Shown: piece after piece, positions 18,172 to 28,227 of the stretch | How positions within the stretch are numbered: position 1 is the first letter of the stretch | Layout of the letters: each line of letters begins with the position of its first letter | Assembly (NCBI GenBank): GCA_964456405.1 | Contig: CAYVZB010000004.1 | Coordinates: forward strand, 1-62,699 | Source: an uncultured Candidatus Saccharibacteria bacterium | GTDB taxonomy: Bacteria > Patescibacteriota > Minisyncoccia > Phycocordibacterales > DATGWK01 | DNA: 62,699 nucleotides | Direction of reading: 5' to 3' | Notes under the pieces: model-generated | The model's input: the letters and a program-made list of their open reading frames with translations, nothing else | Told to the model about the DNA's origin: nothing | Databases searched by the model: none | Program-made: the position numbers and the translations under genes

Positions 18172-19056
18172 ATGTACAAATCCTACGACTCTAACATCCG
18201 TAAAACATGGCTCTTGATGACTCTATTTTTTGTCGTGGTCATTGGTGTTGGTTGGGTTTTTAGTCATGTATACAATAACCCCGGAATTCTCTTCGTTTTT
18301 GTTGTGATCAGTCTCCTGATGAACATTTTTTCTTATTGGTTTTCCGACAAAATTGTTCTCTCGATGTACAGAGCTCAACCGGTGACGGATACAAGTGCCC
18401 CAGATCTTTATAATAGTGTTGAAAATTTGGCGATAACTGCTGGTTTGCCGATGCCCAAGGTTTATATCATTCCAGATTCACAACCGAACGCTTTTGCGAC
18501 TGGAAGAAATAAAGAACACGCAGCAATCGCGGTTACATCCGGTTTGCTTCAGCTTCTTAACAAAACAGAGCTTGAAGGTGTGCTGGCCCATGAGCTTTCG
18601 CATGTCGGCAATCGTGACACATTGATTTCTACTGTCGTGGTTGTGCTTGTCGGATTTGTTACCCTTATCTCTGATTTCTTTTTACGAGTACGATTTTTGG
18701 GTGGTGGCAATGATCGTGATAACAGAGCTGGAGCACTATTGGCTATAGTTGGGATTATTCTGGCAATACTTTCACCAATTGTTGCCACAATTATTCAGCT
18801 TGCAATTTCACGCAAAAGGGAATTCTTGGCCGATGCATCGGGTGCCCTTCTTACGCGATATCCAGAAGGTTTGGCGAGCGCGCTTGAAAAGATCGCCGCA
18901 CATTCGAGCCAACCAATGGCGCGGGCAAATAATGCAACTGCTCATTTATTTATTTCAAATCCATTTGGAAACTTTGGAAAGGGTGTAAGTAAACTTTTTA
19001 TGACTCATCCGCCAATGGAAGAGCGCATAAGGATTTTACGAGGAATGAAACCGTAG
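18172..19056 (+). CDS. htpX: Zinc metalloprotease HtpX (M48)
   Basis: Track ORF 18070..19056, whose first 34 codons lie in the repeat. Start MYKSYDSNIRK at 18172. HELSHVGNRD motif, 4 TM helices. Confidence 0.9.
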   Translation: MYKSYDSNIRKTWLLMTLFFVVVIGVGWVFSHVYNNPGILFVFVVISLLMNIFSYWFSDKIVLSMYRAQPVTDTSAPDLYNSVENLAITAGLPMPKVYIIPDSQPNAFATGRNKEHAAIAVTSGLLQLLNKTELEGVLAHELSHVGNRDTLISTVVVVLVGFVTLISDFFLRVRFLGGGNDRDNRAGALLAIVGIILAILSPIVATIIQLAISRKREFLADASGALLTRYPEGLASALEKIAAHSSQPMARANNATAHLFISNPFGNFGKGVSKLFMTHPPMEERIRILRGMKP

Positions 19057-19070
19057 TAGGATGGGTTCTT

Positions 19071-19157
19071 GGAAAGATGCCAGAGCGGTCGAATGGGCTA
19101 CCCTGGAAAGGTAGTATATCCGAAAGGGTATCGAGGGTTCGAATCCCTCTCTTTCCG
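19071..19157 (+). tRNA. tRNA-Ser (anticodon GGA)
   Basis: Hand-folded cloverleaf. Acceptor GGAAAGA/TCTTTCC, D stem CCA/TGG, anticodon stem CTACC/GGTAG with loop CTGGAAA, long variable arm ATATCC-GAAA-GGGTAT, T arm GAGGG-TTCGAAT-CCCTC. No encoded CCA. Confidence 0.9.
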
Positions 19158-19376
19158 CCTTCGCTCGCCGAAGCGGCGAGCTACGGCGGACATAGTCCGC
19201 TAGTGGCTCATCGCGAAGGAGAGCAAAATACCGGCGAAGCTTCTCGCCTCGACGTAGCCTTTGGCGAAGCAGGGTCGGCAAGATCGCGAGCCAGTGTCCA
19301 GACCGTGGCCGAGCGACAGCGAGGAGATTATCAGTGACCGAATCCTTCCTTTTCTACTAAGTTAAAGTTATCAAAC

Positions 19377-19970
19377 ATGGACCAACAAACTATCAACACA
19401 TACAACAAAATGGCGAAGGAATACGATGACGAGACTGTTAATTTCTGGGATCAGTTTCCTCGAACCTTTCTCGATAAGTTTGTTGAGCTTTCTGGAGAAA
19501 AAATAGTAGACATTGGTAGTGGTCCTGGTAGAGATGGCATGTTGCTTCAAAAAGCAGGAAAAGAAGTTTTTTGTGTAGATGCTTCGGAAGCAATGGTTAA
19601 ACTATCCTCCGAAAGAGGTCTTAAATCTGTTCTTGCTGGTTTTGATAAACTACCATTCGAAGATGGGTCATTTGATGGGGCCTGGTCATATACGGCACTT
19701 CTTCATATTCCCAAGAATTCTATAGGTGTTCCCTTGGGTGAGATTTCTCGTGTGCTTAAACCTTCTGGGGTCTTTGCGCTCGGTCTGATTGAGGGTGACG
19801 CAGAAGAATATAAAGAAAGTATGGGGGTAGGCATGCCTCGATGGTTTAGTTTTTACCAAAAAGACGAGATAGAAAATCTCTGCAGAGAGCACGGGTTTGA
19901 ACTTGTTTATTTTGAAACATTAAAACCTCGGTCAAAGAATTATTCGAACTTCATTTTCAGAAAAAAGTAG
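19377..19970 (+). CDS. Class I SAM-dependent methyltransferase
   Basis: 197 aa. VDIGSGPGRDG motif I. Confidence 0.8.
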   Translation: MDQQTINTYNKMAKEYDDETVNFWDQFPRTFLDKFVELSGEKIVDIGSGPGRDGMLLQKAGKEVFCVDASEAMVKLSSERGLKSVLAGFDKLPFEDGSFDGAWSYTALLHIPKNSIGVPLGEISRVLKPSGVFALGLIEGDAEEYKESMGVGMPRWFSFYQKDEIENLCREHGFELVYFETLKPRSKNYSNFIFRKK

Positions 19971-20144
19971 TCGACTCAGGTCTTTTAAATAAAACGTAAG
20001 GAATTTGTTGGAATATTCTTACATTGTCTTGCTGGTCTGGTACTGAACCCACCATGCTCGCCACAACTTTCGCACTTTAAATTTTCTCAAGCGTTTCTTA
20101 ATCACTCGTTCTTCATAATCAGTTTGTTATCTGTAATAACTGAT

Positions 20145-20876
20145 ATGAAAAAAAATTTACTGTATATTTTTGTACCAATTTTTGTATTTAGTTTGGTTAG
20201 TCCGCGTGGTGTGTTTGCTCTTCGTCCCTCTGGCTGTGTATTGGGAGACCCCATACTTACAGTTTGGTTCCACTCTTCACCAATCGACCCGGGACAGGGA
20301 GGTTATATTGCAATGGATATTGGTAATGGGGACTCAGATCCTTGTCCCGACTCAAAATTTAAAGTTTCTATAAATATGCCAAATAACTGGCGGCCAGTGA
20401 TACGACCAGCTAGACCGATTTTAATTCCAGCTACCGGCAATTCTCAGGCATTAGTTCAGGGTCAGATTGATTTTGTGGTACCACAGGGCGCACAACAGAG
20501 GGACTATCCTTTTGTCATAACAGTAAAAAACAAAAGAACACAGAAAGTTACAAACAAAACCGTAACCTTTCATGTTGGAGATACCCCTACAATAGAAAGT
20601 ATGACTCCAGCGTTTGGGCCAGCGGGTACACAGGTATTGTTGACCGGTCGAAATTTTGGAGCGGTGCCAGAACTTTTGTTTCAAAACAGTATTTATGGTG
20701 CTTATTCTGTATTTGGTGTGCCATCTGACGGTACAACATACAGCTTCGTTGTTCCAGAAAAGATTAACTTGAATTCATGTGGTTGTTTGGGGACATCAAC
20801 CCCTTCTGCCTACGATGTGTTCATTGCCACTGGTGGTGCATATTCAAATAAAATGATTTTTACCCTTACACCATAG
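20145..20876 (+). CDS. Secreted protein with C-terminal IPT/TIG-like domain
   Basis: Start MKKNLLYIFVPIFVFSL (signal peptide). PTIESMTPAFGPAGTQVLLTGRNFG resembles IPT/TIG. Confidence 0.55.
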   Translation: MKKNLLYIFVPIFVFSLVSPRGVFALRPSGCVLGDPILTVWFHSSPIDPGQGGYIAMDIGNGDSDPCPDSKFKVSINMPNNWRPVIRPARPILIPATGNSQALVQGQIDFVVPQGAQQRDYPFVITVKNKRTQKVTNKTVTFHVGDTPTIESMTPAFGPAGTQVLLTGRNFGAVPELLFQNSIYGAYSVFGVPSDGTTYSFVVPEKINLNSCGCLGTSTPSAYDVFIATGGAYSNKMIFTLTP

Positions 20877-21037
20877 GTAAAATTTATTTTCTAAAGTTCA
20901 TTTGACCAAAAAATTGGTAGGTAGTAGTATTCCGGGCAGTAAGTTATCTCGTATAAGTTTTCTGTTTTGAACGGAAAAGGATAAGGGGAGAATCTAGTCG
21001 CTTACGGTTTTAAAATAAAGACTAGAAAAATAGCCAA

Positions 21038-21316
21038 ATGGCAAAGAAGTTGTACGTAGGAGGTATTCCTTACAGTTCTACAGATCAGACACTTAAGGAT
21101 GCTTTCTCACAAGCTGGCACAGTTACTTCCGCTAGCATTATCATGGACCGAATGACAGGTCGATCAAAGGGTTTCGGCTTTGTCGAAATGGCCTCTGATG
21201 CAGAAGCAATGGCTGCAATTGATATGTGGAACGGAAAGGAATTTGAAGGCCGCAATCTTACCGTGAGCGAAGCTCGTCCTATGACAGAGCGACCTCCACG
21301 TCGAGGTGATATGTAA
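21038..21316 (+). CDS. RRM-type RNA-binding protein
   Basis: 92 aa. RNP-2 LYVGGI and RNP-1 KGFGFVEM. Confidence 0.85.
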   Translation: MAKKLYVGGIPYSSTDQTLKDAFSQAGTVTSASIIMDRMTGRSKGFGFVEMASDAEAMAAIDMWNGKEFEGRNLTVSEARPMTERPPRRGDM

Positions 21317-21343
21317 TCTCTGGTTCTCTCTGGAGCTTATGTA

Positions 21344-21377
21344 ACACAAAACCCACCAGAAATGGTGGGTTTTGTGT
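21344..21377 (+). terminator. Intrinsic terminator after the RRM gene
   Basis: ACACAAAACCCACC-AGAAA-TGGTGGGTTTTGTGT. Confidence 0.7.
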
Positions 21378-21447
21378 TATAGGTCTAACAACAATGTTTT
21401 TGCCATTTTAATATAAGGTATAATTATTTTGTGTTAAAGAATCTGTG

Positions 21448-22392
21448 ATGGAAAAGAGAACCTCTAGAATTATCGCTGGTGTTGTTATCGTTGCGTGTAT
21501 TGTCTATTTTGGTTTTTCTCTTGTCCGCAATTCCTTGCTCGGTTCTTTTGTTGCTGTCGTTTTTGATTCCGAAAATAGCAGTGAGCCGGTAGTTGTCGGT
21601 GATCCCTATCAGCTCTACTCTCGGGCAAGCGAACTCAATTCTCAGATTACCCAAATAACGACTGAATTAGTCTCTTCTGACGAGATTACCAAGAGGAGCG
21701 TTGTGGGTAGTAACTATGTAGCATTGATTTCTAAGGGTTTCGATGACTCAGAAGAAATACTGGGATCAAAAAAAGATTCTTCGGACAAAGAAGACAAAGA
21801 ATTTGATTTGAGCCCACGTATACCTTGTTCTCAACCTGACTGTGATCCAAGAGATCGGGGAGGTTTGCGCGATCTATCAGATGTTCCAGATGTATCTCCA
21901 GATGAACCATCGCAAAATACGAGCGATTCTTCCTCACTTCAGCCCGCTGAGTCATCGGGCAGTTCATCGGCGGCACCAACTGACGCTCGAAACACTGAAA
22001 GAATTGAAAGGGTTGAAACCAGGAGGGAGTCAATTGAAAAACTAAACACCCTTGTATCCGAAAGACATGAGTTAATGACAACCCTTGCGAAATCAAACCC
22101 AGAACTTTTTCTTTCGTCTCAATTGTCAGTTGAAGTATTGAAGAAATTACCCCGCTCACTTCAGCCTGAAGTCGAAAAACCAGTATTCCTTAAGGGATTT
22201 GTTGTGCCCATGAAAAACAGCTCTTATTTTGTAAGTAAAAATGAGATTCTTACACTTTATTCAACAAACGGTGTCCAAACAAATTCAATTTCTGCAATCC
22301 AGCTTTCTGGTGTGCGAATCGGGAATCTCGTTGTTGCCGAAAGCACTGACATAAAAAAGATCTCTCCTTTTTTTATGAATAAAGGGAATTAA
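21448..22392 (+). CDS. Hypothetical membrane-anchored protein with S/D/E-rich linker
   Basis: About 314 aa, N-terminal TM helix. Stop overlaps the next ATG (TAATG). Confidence 0.5.
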   Translation: MEKRTSRIIAGVVIVACIVYFGFSLVRNSLLGSFVAVVFDSENSSEPVVVGDPYQLYSRASELNSQITQITTELVSSDEITKRSVVGSNYVALISKGFDDSEEILGSKKDSSDKEDKEFDLSPRIPCSQPDCDPRDRGGLRDLSDVPDVSPDEPSQNTSDSSSLQPAESSGSSSAAPTDARNTERIERVETRRESIEKLNTLVSERHELMTTLAKSNPELFLSSQLSVEVLKKLPRSLQPEVEKPVFLKGFVVPMKNSSYFVSKNEILTLYSTNGVQTNSISAIQLSGVRIGNLVVAESTDIKKISPFFMNKGN

Positions 22393-22901
22393 TGAAAAGG
22401 GAAGTTTTACTCCTGGTACTTATTGGGTTTATTTTGGTTTTCATACTAACTTTTAGTTTTGTTGGGCTTTCCCCTGAAAAAAGGTCCCCACAAACACCTG
22501 TTGTTGCGCAGAGGGTAGAAAAAAGCGTTGTAGACGGTGGGTCTTTTGTTTTAATTGGAGGGAAAAAAATTCGAGTTGATCTTGCAAACACACCGGCTAC
22601 TCGAACCCAAGGACTTTCCGGAAGAAAATCACTTTTGGAAAATGAGGGAATGCTTTTTGTTTTTGAAAATAGTGGTCAATATGGTTTCTGGATGAAAGAT
22701 ATGAATTTTCCGATCGATATTATTTGGGTTGATGAAAATAAAAATATTGTTCATATCGAAAAAAATCTTTTGCCCGATACATATCCACGTATTTTTACTC
22801 CTCAAAATCCGTCCAGGTATGTACTAGAGGTGCAGGCTGGTTTTTCTGACACGATAAGCCTTCAGGTTGGGGATAAAATTGAATTTTCTCAAAATTTTTA
22901 A
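22392..22901 (+). CDS. DUF192 domain protein
   Basis: 169 aa. GLSGRKSL..EGMLFVF...GFWMKDMNFPIDIIWVDENKNIV. Confidence 0.7.
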   Translation: MKREVLLLVLIGFILVFILTFSFVGLSPEKRSPQTPVVAQRVEKSVVDGGSFVLIGGKKIRVDLANTPATRTQGLSGRKSLLENEGMLFVFENSGQYGFWMKDMNFPIDIIWVDENKNIVHIEKNLLPDTYPRIFTPQNPSRYVLEVQAGFSDTISLQVGDKIEFSQNF

Positions 22902-23087
22902 CTTTTCCCACCGTAACTTTTTCAAGAATTACGTTTTAAAATAGTCTTTTTAGACAGCGTTCACTTTACATTCTACCCCGCGTGTTTTTGAGTGTTTTTT
23001 TGATTGATTTTCTATTCTGTTGAGACGCAATCTACGGTAAAATATGATGACATAATTTTATCAATGTAACCTGAAACACAAGCGCTC

Positions 23088-25823
23088 ATGAATATTTCAA
23101 TCACAAAACGAGATGGTACGAAAGAAAAGTTCAATGCTGACAAAATAAATCGATCTATCGAGCGCGCATGTATCGGTCTCTCTGATCCAATTAGTTTAGT
23201 TACACAAATTGCGCTTGAAACCCAGCTGACTTTGTATGATGGAATCACTACGGATGAAATGGATCAAGCAACAATCAGTGCCGCGGTTCAAAATATTAAA
23301 AATGATATTGAGTTTGATAAAATCGCGACACGTTTGCTTCTTAAAACAATATATCGTCGAGTGATTGGTGAATATGGTGACGATCCAGAAACATTAAAAC
23401 GCAGACACAGGGAAGAATTCATCAATTACGTAAACAGGGGTGTTGAAAGTGGCCTTCTCGACAAGAGAATGCTTGAAAAATATGACCTCGTGAAGCTTTC
23501 TGAGGTTTTGGATTTGCGCCGAGATGAACTTTTTCAGTACGCTGGTCTTTCTGGTCTTCTGAACCGCTATGCACTCAAGGACAAACAACAACAACCAAGT
23601 GAAACCCCGCAGTATTTCTTTATGCGCATTGCAATGGGTCTTTCGTACAACGAAGCCGATCCCACCGGAATGGCAAAAAAATTCTACGACAAAATGTCTC
23701 GTTTCGAGTATATCGCTGGTGGTTCTACAAATTTAGGTGCGGGTACAAGTCGTCCAGCGCTTTCAAACTGTTTTCTTTTGGAAATCCATGATGACATGGC
23801 CCACATTGCAAAATCTGTATCGGACGTCCTTCTTCTTTCAAAAGATTCTGGTGGTATTGGTGCTTCTATCACTAAACTAAGAGCTTCTGGTTCACCGTTG
23901 GCGGCAAGCAACACCACTTCTTCTGGTCCAACACCCTTTGCCAAGATTATTGATACTGCAATTCGTGCAGTTCAGCGTGGGGGCAAGAAAAAGGGCGCGC
24001 TTTGTTTCTACATGGAAAACTGGCACATTGATTTTGAAGATTTCCTAAACTGGAAGCACAACGCTGGCGATGATTATCTCCGAATGCGTACCGCAAATAC
24101 CGCAGCGTTTCTTTCTGATGAATTTATGACTCGGGTTCGAGATGGAAAGGATTGGTACATGTTTGATCCAAAAGAGACCCCAGATCTCAATGAGTTGTAC
24201 GGCAAAGCATTTAGTAAACGATATGCCGAATATATTGAAATGGCGGAAGCAAAAAAGCTTCGAGTATTTAAAAAAGTACCCGCACGAGAGCAATTCCGAC
24301 AAATGCTTGTGTCTTTGCAAACCACCTCTCATCCATGGCTTACCTGGAAAGACCCGATCAATACGCGAGCACTCAACAACAACACCGGTACGATTCATAT
24401 GTCGAACCTTTGCACCGAAATTTGTTTGCCCCAGGACAAAGAGCATATTGCTGTATGTAATTTGGCTTCAATTAATCTCGCTGCTCATATCACAAATAGG
24501 GAAATTAACTGGTCACGACTCGAAGAAACCGTTCGGCTCGCAGTGCGCCAGCTTGATAACTTGATCGACATCAACAAACTGGCTATTCCGGAAGCCGCTC
24601 GGTCAGATCAGGAAAACCGCGCAATTGGTCTTGGCGTTATGGGTTTTTCAGACACCCTTGAACAATTAGGTATGGCATATGACAGTGAACATGCCTGGAA
24701 CTTTGCTGACCGAATTTTTGAATTTATTTCGTATATGGCGATCGACGAAAGTGCAAATCTTGGTCTTGAACGTGGTGTGTACAAAAATTTCGTCGGATCC
24801 GGTTGGTCAAAGGGTATGGTACCGATCGATACTGTAAAAGTTCTTGAAAATGATCGTGGTACTACAATTACTGTTTCAAAAGAAAGTAAGCATAAGGGTC
24901 TTAATTGGGATCTTTTGCGAGAAAAAGTTCGTAAGGGCATGCGAAATGCAACGTTGATGGCAGTGGCACCAAATGCAAACATTGGTTTGGTTGCCGCAAC
25001 GACTCCTGGTATCGATCCGCGGTTTGCCCAGGTTTTTTCTCGAAACAAAATGTCAGGAAAGTATCTCGACCTCAATCACAACTTGGTAAAGGATCTCAAG
25101 AACATGGGGATTTGGGAGAATGTCAGGGAAGAAATTATTGAACGACAAGGAGACATTGCAGATATCGAAGGTATTCCTCAGCACATCAAGGATATTTACA
25201 AAACTTCATTTACAACAAATCCTTACGCATTTATCGAAGTTGCGGCTCGAGCACAAAAATGGATTGATCAGGCCCTTTCTCGAAACATGTATCTTGAAAC
25301 TCGAGACATCGACGAAACAATGAAGATCTATATGACTGCGTGGGAGAAAGGTGTTAAAACAACATATTATCTTCACATGAAGCCTCGTCATACTGCAGAA
25401 CAGAGTACAGTTGCGGTTAACAAGGCAAAGAAGATTGGAAAAGTAGGATTCGGTGCCATTGCATTTATGCCTAAAAAAGTAGAATCTTCTTCGGAGGCAG
25501 TAGAAGCAAAGGGTTTTGCCGTGCCACTCCAAACGACTATTACCGCGCTTCCAGAGATCGAAACGGTTGCTTCAGAGGTTGCGCCAATAGTTTCCCCAGT
25601 GCAGCAGGTTGATGTGGAGCCAGCATATGTCGCATCGAAACCAGCAATCTCTTGGAATATCCCAAAGTCGTCTCCGGCGCAGTCAGTTTCTACGGTAATG
25701 AGTGCTCCTGTAGAAGCGACACCGACACAAAATTCTCTCGATTCTGTGCCGTCAAAGCCAGCGCTTCGAGTGCATGCGCCGTCAGATCCGCAAGATGATT
25801 TGATTTGTGATAGTTGTCAGTAG
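23088..25823 (+). CDS. nrdA: Ribonucleoside-diphosphate reductase alpha subunit (class Ia, ATP-cone) with a long low-complexity C-terminal tether
   Basis: 911 aa. N-terminal ATP-cone (ITKRDGTKEKFNADKI), active-site NLCTEI, C-terminal CDSCQ redox pair. Confidence 0.95.
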   Translation: MNISITKRDGTKEKFNADKINRSIERACIGLSDPISLVTQIALETQLTLYDGITTDEMDQATISAAVQNIKNDIEFDKIATRLLLKTIYRRVIGEYGDDPETLKRRHREEFINYVNRGVESGLLDKRMLEKYDLVKLSEVLDLRRDELFQYAGLSGLLNRYALKDKQQQPSETPQYFFMRIAMGLSYNEADPTGMAKKFYDKMSRFEYIAGGSTNLGAGTSRPALSNCFLLEIHDDMAHIAKSVSDVLLLSKDSGGIGASITKLRASGSPLAASNTTSSGPTPFAKIIDTAIRAVQRGGKKKGALCFYMENWHIDFEDFLNWKHNAGDDYLRMRTANTAAFLSDEFMTRVRDGKDWYMFDPKETPDLNELYGKAFSKRYAEYIEMAEAKKLRVFKKVPAREQFRQMLVSLQTTSHPWLTWKDPINTRALNNNTGTIHMSNLCTEICLPQDKEHIAVCNLASINLAAHITNREINWSRLEETVRLAVRQLDNLIDINKLAIPEAARSDQENRAIGLGVMGFSDTLEQLGMAYDSEHAWNFADRIFEFISYMAIDESANLGLERGVYKNFVGSGWSKGMVPIDTVKVLENDRGTTITVSKESKHKGLNWDLLREKVRKGMRNATLMAVAPNANIGLVAATTPGIDPRFAQVFSRNKMSGKYLDLNHNLVKDLKNMGIWENVREEIIERQGDIADIEGIPQHIKDIYKTSFTTNPYAFIEVAARAQKWIDQALSRNMYLETRDIDETMKIYMTAWEKGVKTTYYLHMKPRHTAEQSTVAVNKAKKIGKVGFGAIAFMPKKVESSSEAVEAKGFAVPLQTTITALPEIETVASEVAPIVSPVQQVDVEPAYVASKPAISWNIPKSSPAQSVSTVMSAPVEATPTQNSLDSVPSKPALRVHAPSDPQDDLICDSCQ

Positions 25824-25828
25824 TTTTT

Positions 25829-25856
25829 TCAACCAGCCCTTCAGGAGGCTGGTTGA
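25829..25856 (+). repeat. Family 1 repeat, minimal hairpin copy
   Basis: CAACCAGCC (25830-25838) pairs with GGCTGGTTG (25847-25855), directly after the nrdA stop. Confidence 0.6.
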
Positions 25857-25953
25857 GTAAGGGGGATTCACAACATAAAATCACAAAAAACAATATTGCT
25901 AATTTGCACCAGGGTCACTACAATTACCAAACTTTATTCATAACAAAACCACA

Positions 25954-26982
25954 ATGTTACTTGGAAAAGCCTCACCAGAAGATATGAATTTGCACCCACT
26001 TCGATACAAGTGGGCATACGATCTTTACAACACCGCAGTGCGAAACACCTGGTTTCCTCATGAAATTGCTCTCAAAGAGGATCTTGAGGATTTTAATGGT
26101 ATGACCGACGATGAACGTCATGCAGTTAAGTTTCTTATGGCCTTTTTCAATCCGGCTGAACTCATTGTGAATCGTTCGTTGGCGCTTGGTGTGTATCCAT
26201 ACCTCAAGTCTCCTGAATGTCATCTCTACTTGGCAAAGCAAATGTGGGAAGAGGCAAATCACTGTGTTGCGTTTGAGTATGTACTTGAAACATTTCCGTT
26301 TGACCGCGAGAGAATTTTCAGTCTTCATCTCGAACGACCGTCAATGGTTGCTAAAGAGACCTATATCAACAAGTATTTGAAACGAATGACTGAAGTGACT
26401 CTCGATATCACCACCATTGAAGGGAAAAAAGATTTTATTCGGAATCTTGTTGCAACAAATATTGTGATGGAGGGTGTCTGGTTTTATTCAGGATTTATGG
26501 TCGCTCTTTCATTCCGACAGAGGAATAAGCTTCGAAACTTTGGTTCAATGATCAACTGGGTGCTCCGAGACGAAAGTCTTCATTTGCAGTTCGGTATTAA
26601 CCTCATTCACAATATTTTGGAAGAGAACCAAGAGCTTTTGACCGAAGAATTTGCGAACGAAATCAGAAATATTGTTATCGAGGGTGTGAATCTCGAAACT
26701 GATTACAACAAAGACTTGTTCCCGAATGGAATTCTCGGTTTGAATGCAGACTACGTCAATCAATACGTGCAGTATGTCGCTGATCGACGACTCGAAGAGC
26801 TTGGTATGCCAAAACACTATGAAGTAACAAATCCTGCAAAGTGGATGTCTGCAGCCACTGATGTGTTTGAGCTTGTAAACTTTTTCGAAAGCCAGAACAC
26901 GAGCTATGAAGTCGATACTCGAGCTCATACAAACAAAAAAACCGAAATGACAGCTGAGCCAGCAAAAGTCGAGGGGGAATAA
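25954..26982 (+). CDS. nrdB: Ribonucleoside-diphosphate reductase beta subunit
   Basis: 342 aa. Di-iron ligand blocks (EEANHCVAFEY, VMEGVWFYSGF, RDESLH). Confidence 0.93.
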   Translation: MLLGKASPEDMNLHPLRYKWAYDLYNTAVRNTWFPHEIALKEDLEDFNGMTDDERHAVKFLMAFFNPAELIVNRSLALGVYPYLKSPECHLYLAKQMWEEANHCVAFEYVLETFPFDRERIFSLHLERPSMVAKETYINKYLKRMTEVTLDITTIEGKKDFIRNLVATNIVMEGVWFYSGFMVALSFRQRNKLRNFGSMINWVLRDESLHLQFGINLIHNILEENQELLTEEFANEIRNIVIEGVNLETDYNKDLFPNGILGLNADYVNQYVQYVADRRLEELGMPKHYEVTNPAKWMSAATDVFELVNFFESQNTSYEVDTRAHTNKKTEMTAEPAKVEGE

Positions 26983-27003
26983 TCACTGTGCTAAAATTGG
27001 TGC

Positions 27004-28218
27004 ATGTATAAGGTTGTTGCCGGTCTTTTGATTATTTTGTCTCTTGTTATTGCCTACAGTTCTTTTTTTCGTGGTGATTCATTACAACTTGCCTCGATAT
27101 TTTTTCACGATTCAGTAACTGCCGACTCGCTTCGGGAAGCGTACGACGATGCGGAAAAAAGTTCAAAAAGAAATCCTGGTGAGAAAGTAAAGATTTTGAT
27201 TGTTCCTGGTCACGACAGACAATATCCGGGGACGGTGTATCGTGGATTGCAAGAGGTTGAGCTTACGACAGATTTGGGTGAAAAACTCTATACCTTGCTT
27301 CAAAGGGAGCCGGCTTTTGATGTGCATCTTACTCAAACCAAGCAAGGATATACATCAGAGTTTTCTAATTATTTTGATCAGAACAAACAAGCGATTCAGG
27401 AATTTATAGAGACTCAAAAAGGTCTTATGAACCAGTACGTAGAAAGCGGCCAAGTAGAGCGGGTGATTCGCGTGTCTCACAATGCTGCACCGGGTGAAAT
27501 GGCTACGAGACTTTATGGAATTAATAAATGGGCGAATGACAATGGCGTGGATATTGTCGTTCACATTCATTTCAACGATTATCCGGGTAGGAAGAAAAAT
27601 GTTGCCGGCGAGTATTCCGGTTTTTCTATTTATGTTCCGGAGAATCAATACTCAAATGCTCCGGGTTCAAAATCTGTTGCAGAGTACATTTTTAATCGCC
27701 TTGATAATTTTTATCCATCGAGCGACTTACCTAAGGAAAATTTAGGAATAGTGGAAGACCAAGAGCTTATTGCTCTTGGTTCACATAATTCTCTTGATGC
27801 TGCCAGTATGCTTATAGAATACGGATATATTTATGAACCTGGTGTGTTTGATTTAGCGCTTCGAGACAAAATTCTCGAGGATTTAGCTCTACAGACATAT
27901 CTAGGAGTTATGGATTTTTTTGGTGAAACAGCGTACGAAAATGGCCGGTTTGGTTCACGTCTTTTGCCACATGAGTGGCAGGGGGATTTACAGAACGGAG
28001 ATGGGTCTAAGCTCAGTGTGTTGAGTCTTCAGGCTGCGCTTGTTTCTGAAGGAGTGTACCCGCCACCGGGCGAAACTAAAAATAGTTGTCCTATTTCTGG
28101 GCGTTTTGGTCCGTGTACAGAAAAGTCCGTTAAAATATTTCAGGAGAAATACGGAATCTTGCCGGCTCAGGGTTTTGTGGGTGAACTAACACGAGCGAAG
28201 TTGAACGAATTGTACTAG
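27004..28218 (+). CDS. N-acetylmuramoyl-L-alanine amidase-like protein with C-terminal peptidoglycan-binding domain
   Basis: 404 aa. Signal anchor, Amidase_3-like blocks (ILIVPGHD, DIVVHIHFND), PG_binding_1-like C-terminus (LQAALVSEGVY..G.FG..T..SVK.FQ). Confidence 0.7.
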   Translation: MYKVVAGLLIILSLVIAYSSFFRGDSLQLASIFFHDSVTADSLREAYDDAEKSSKRNPGEKVKILIVPGHDRQYPGTVYRGLQEVELTTDLGEKLYTLLQREPAFDVHLTQTKQGYTSEFSNYFDQNKQAIQEFIETQKGLMNQYVESGQVERVIRVSHNAAPGEMATRLYGINKWANDNGVDIVVHIHFNDYPGRKKNVAGEYSGFSIYVPENQYSNAPGSKSVAEYIFNRLDNFYPSSDLPKENLGIVEDQELIALGSHNSLDAASMLIEYGYIYEPGVFDLALRDKILEDLALQTYLGVMDFFGETAYENGRFGSRLLPHEWQGDLQNGDGSKLSVLSLQAALVSEGVYPPPGETKNSCPISGRFGPCTEKSVKIFQEKYGILPAQGFVGELTRAKLNELY

Positions 28219-28227
28219 TTTGAATTC

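Noticed and set aside
19036-19337. ORFs 19036..19281(-) and 19077..19337(+).
   Set aside because: They overlap the well-folded tRNA-Ser and the GC-rich structured block. The open frames are a GC-content artefact.
23088-25823. Intein or NrdR-box features in the RNR locus.
   Set aside because: The NrdA core is contiguous through the NLCTEI active site, with no intein splice-junction motifs. No 16-bp NrdR-box palindrome is visible in 22902-23087.
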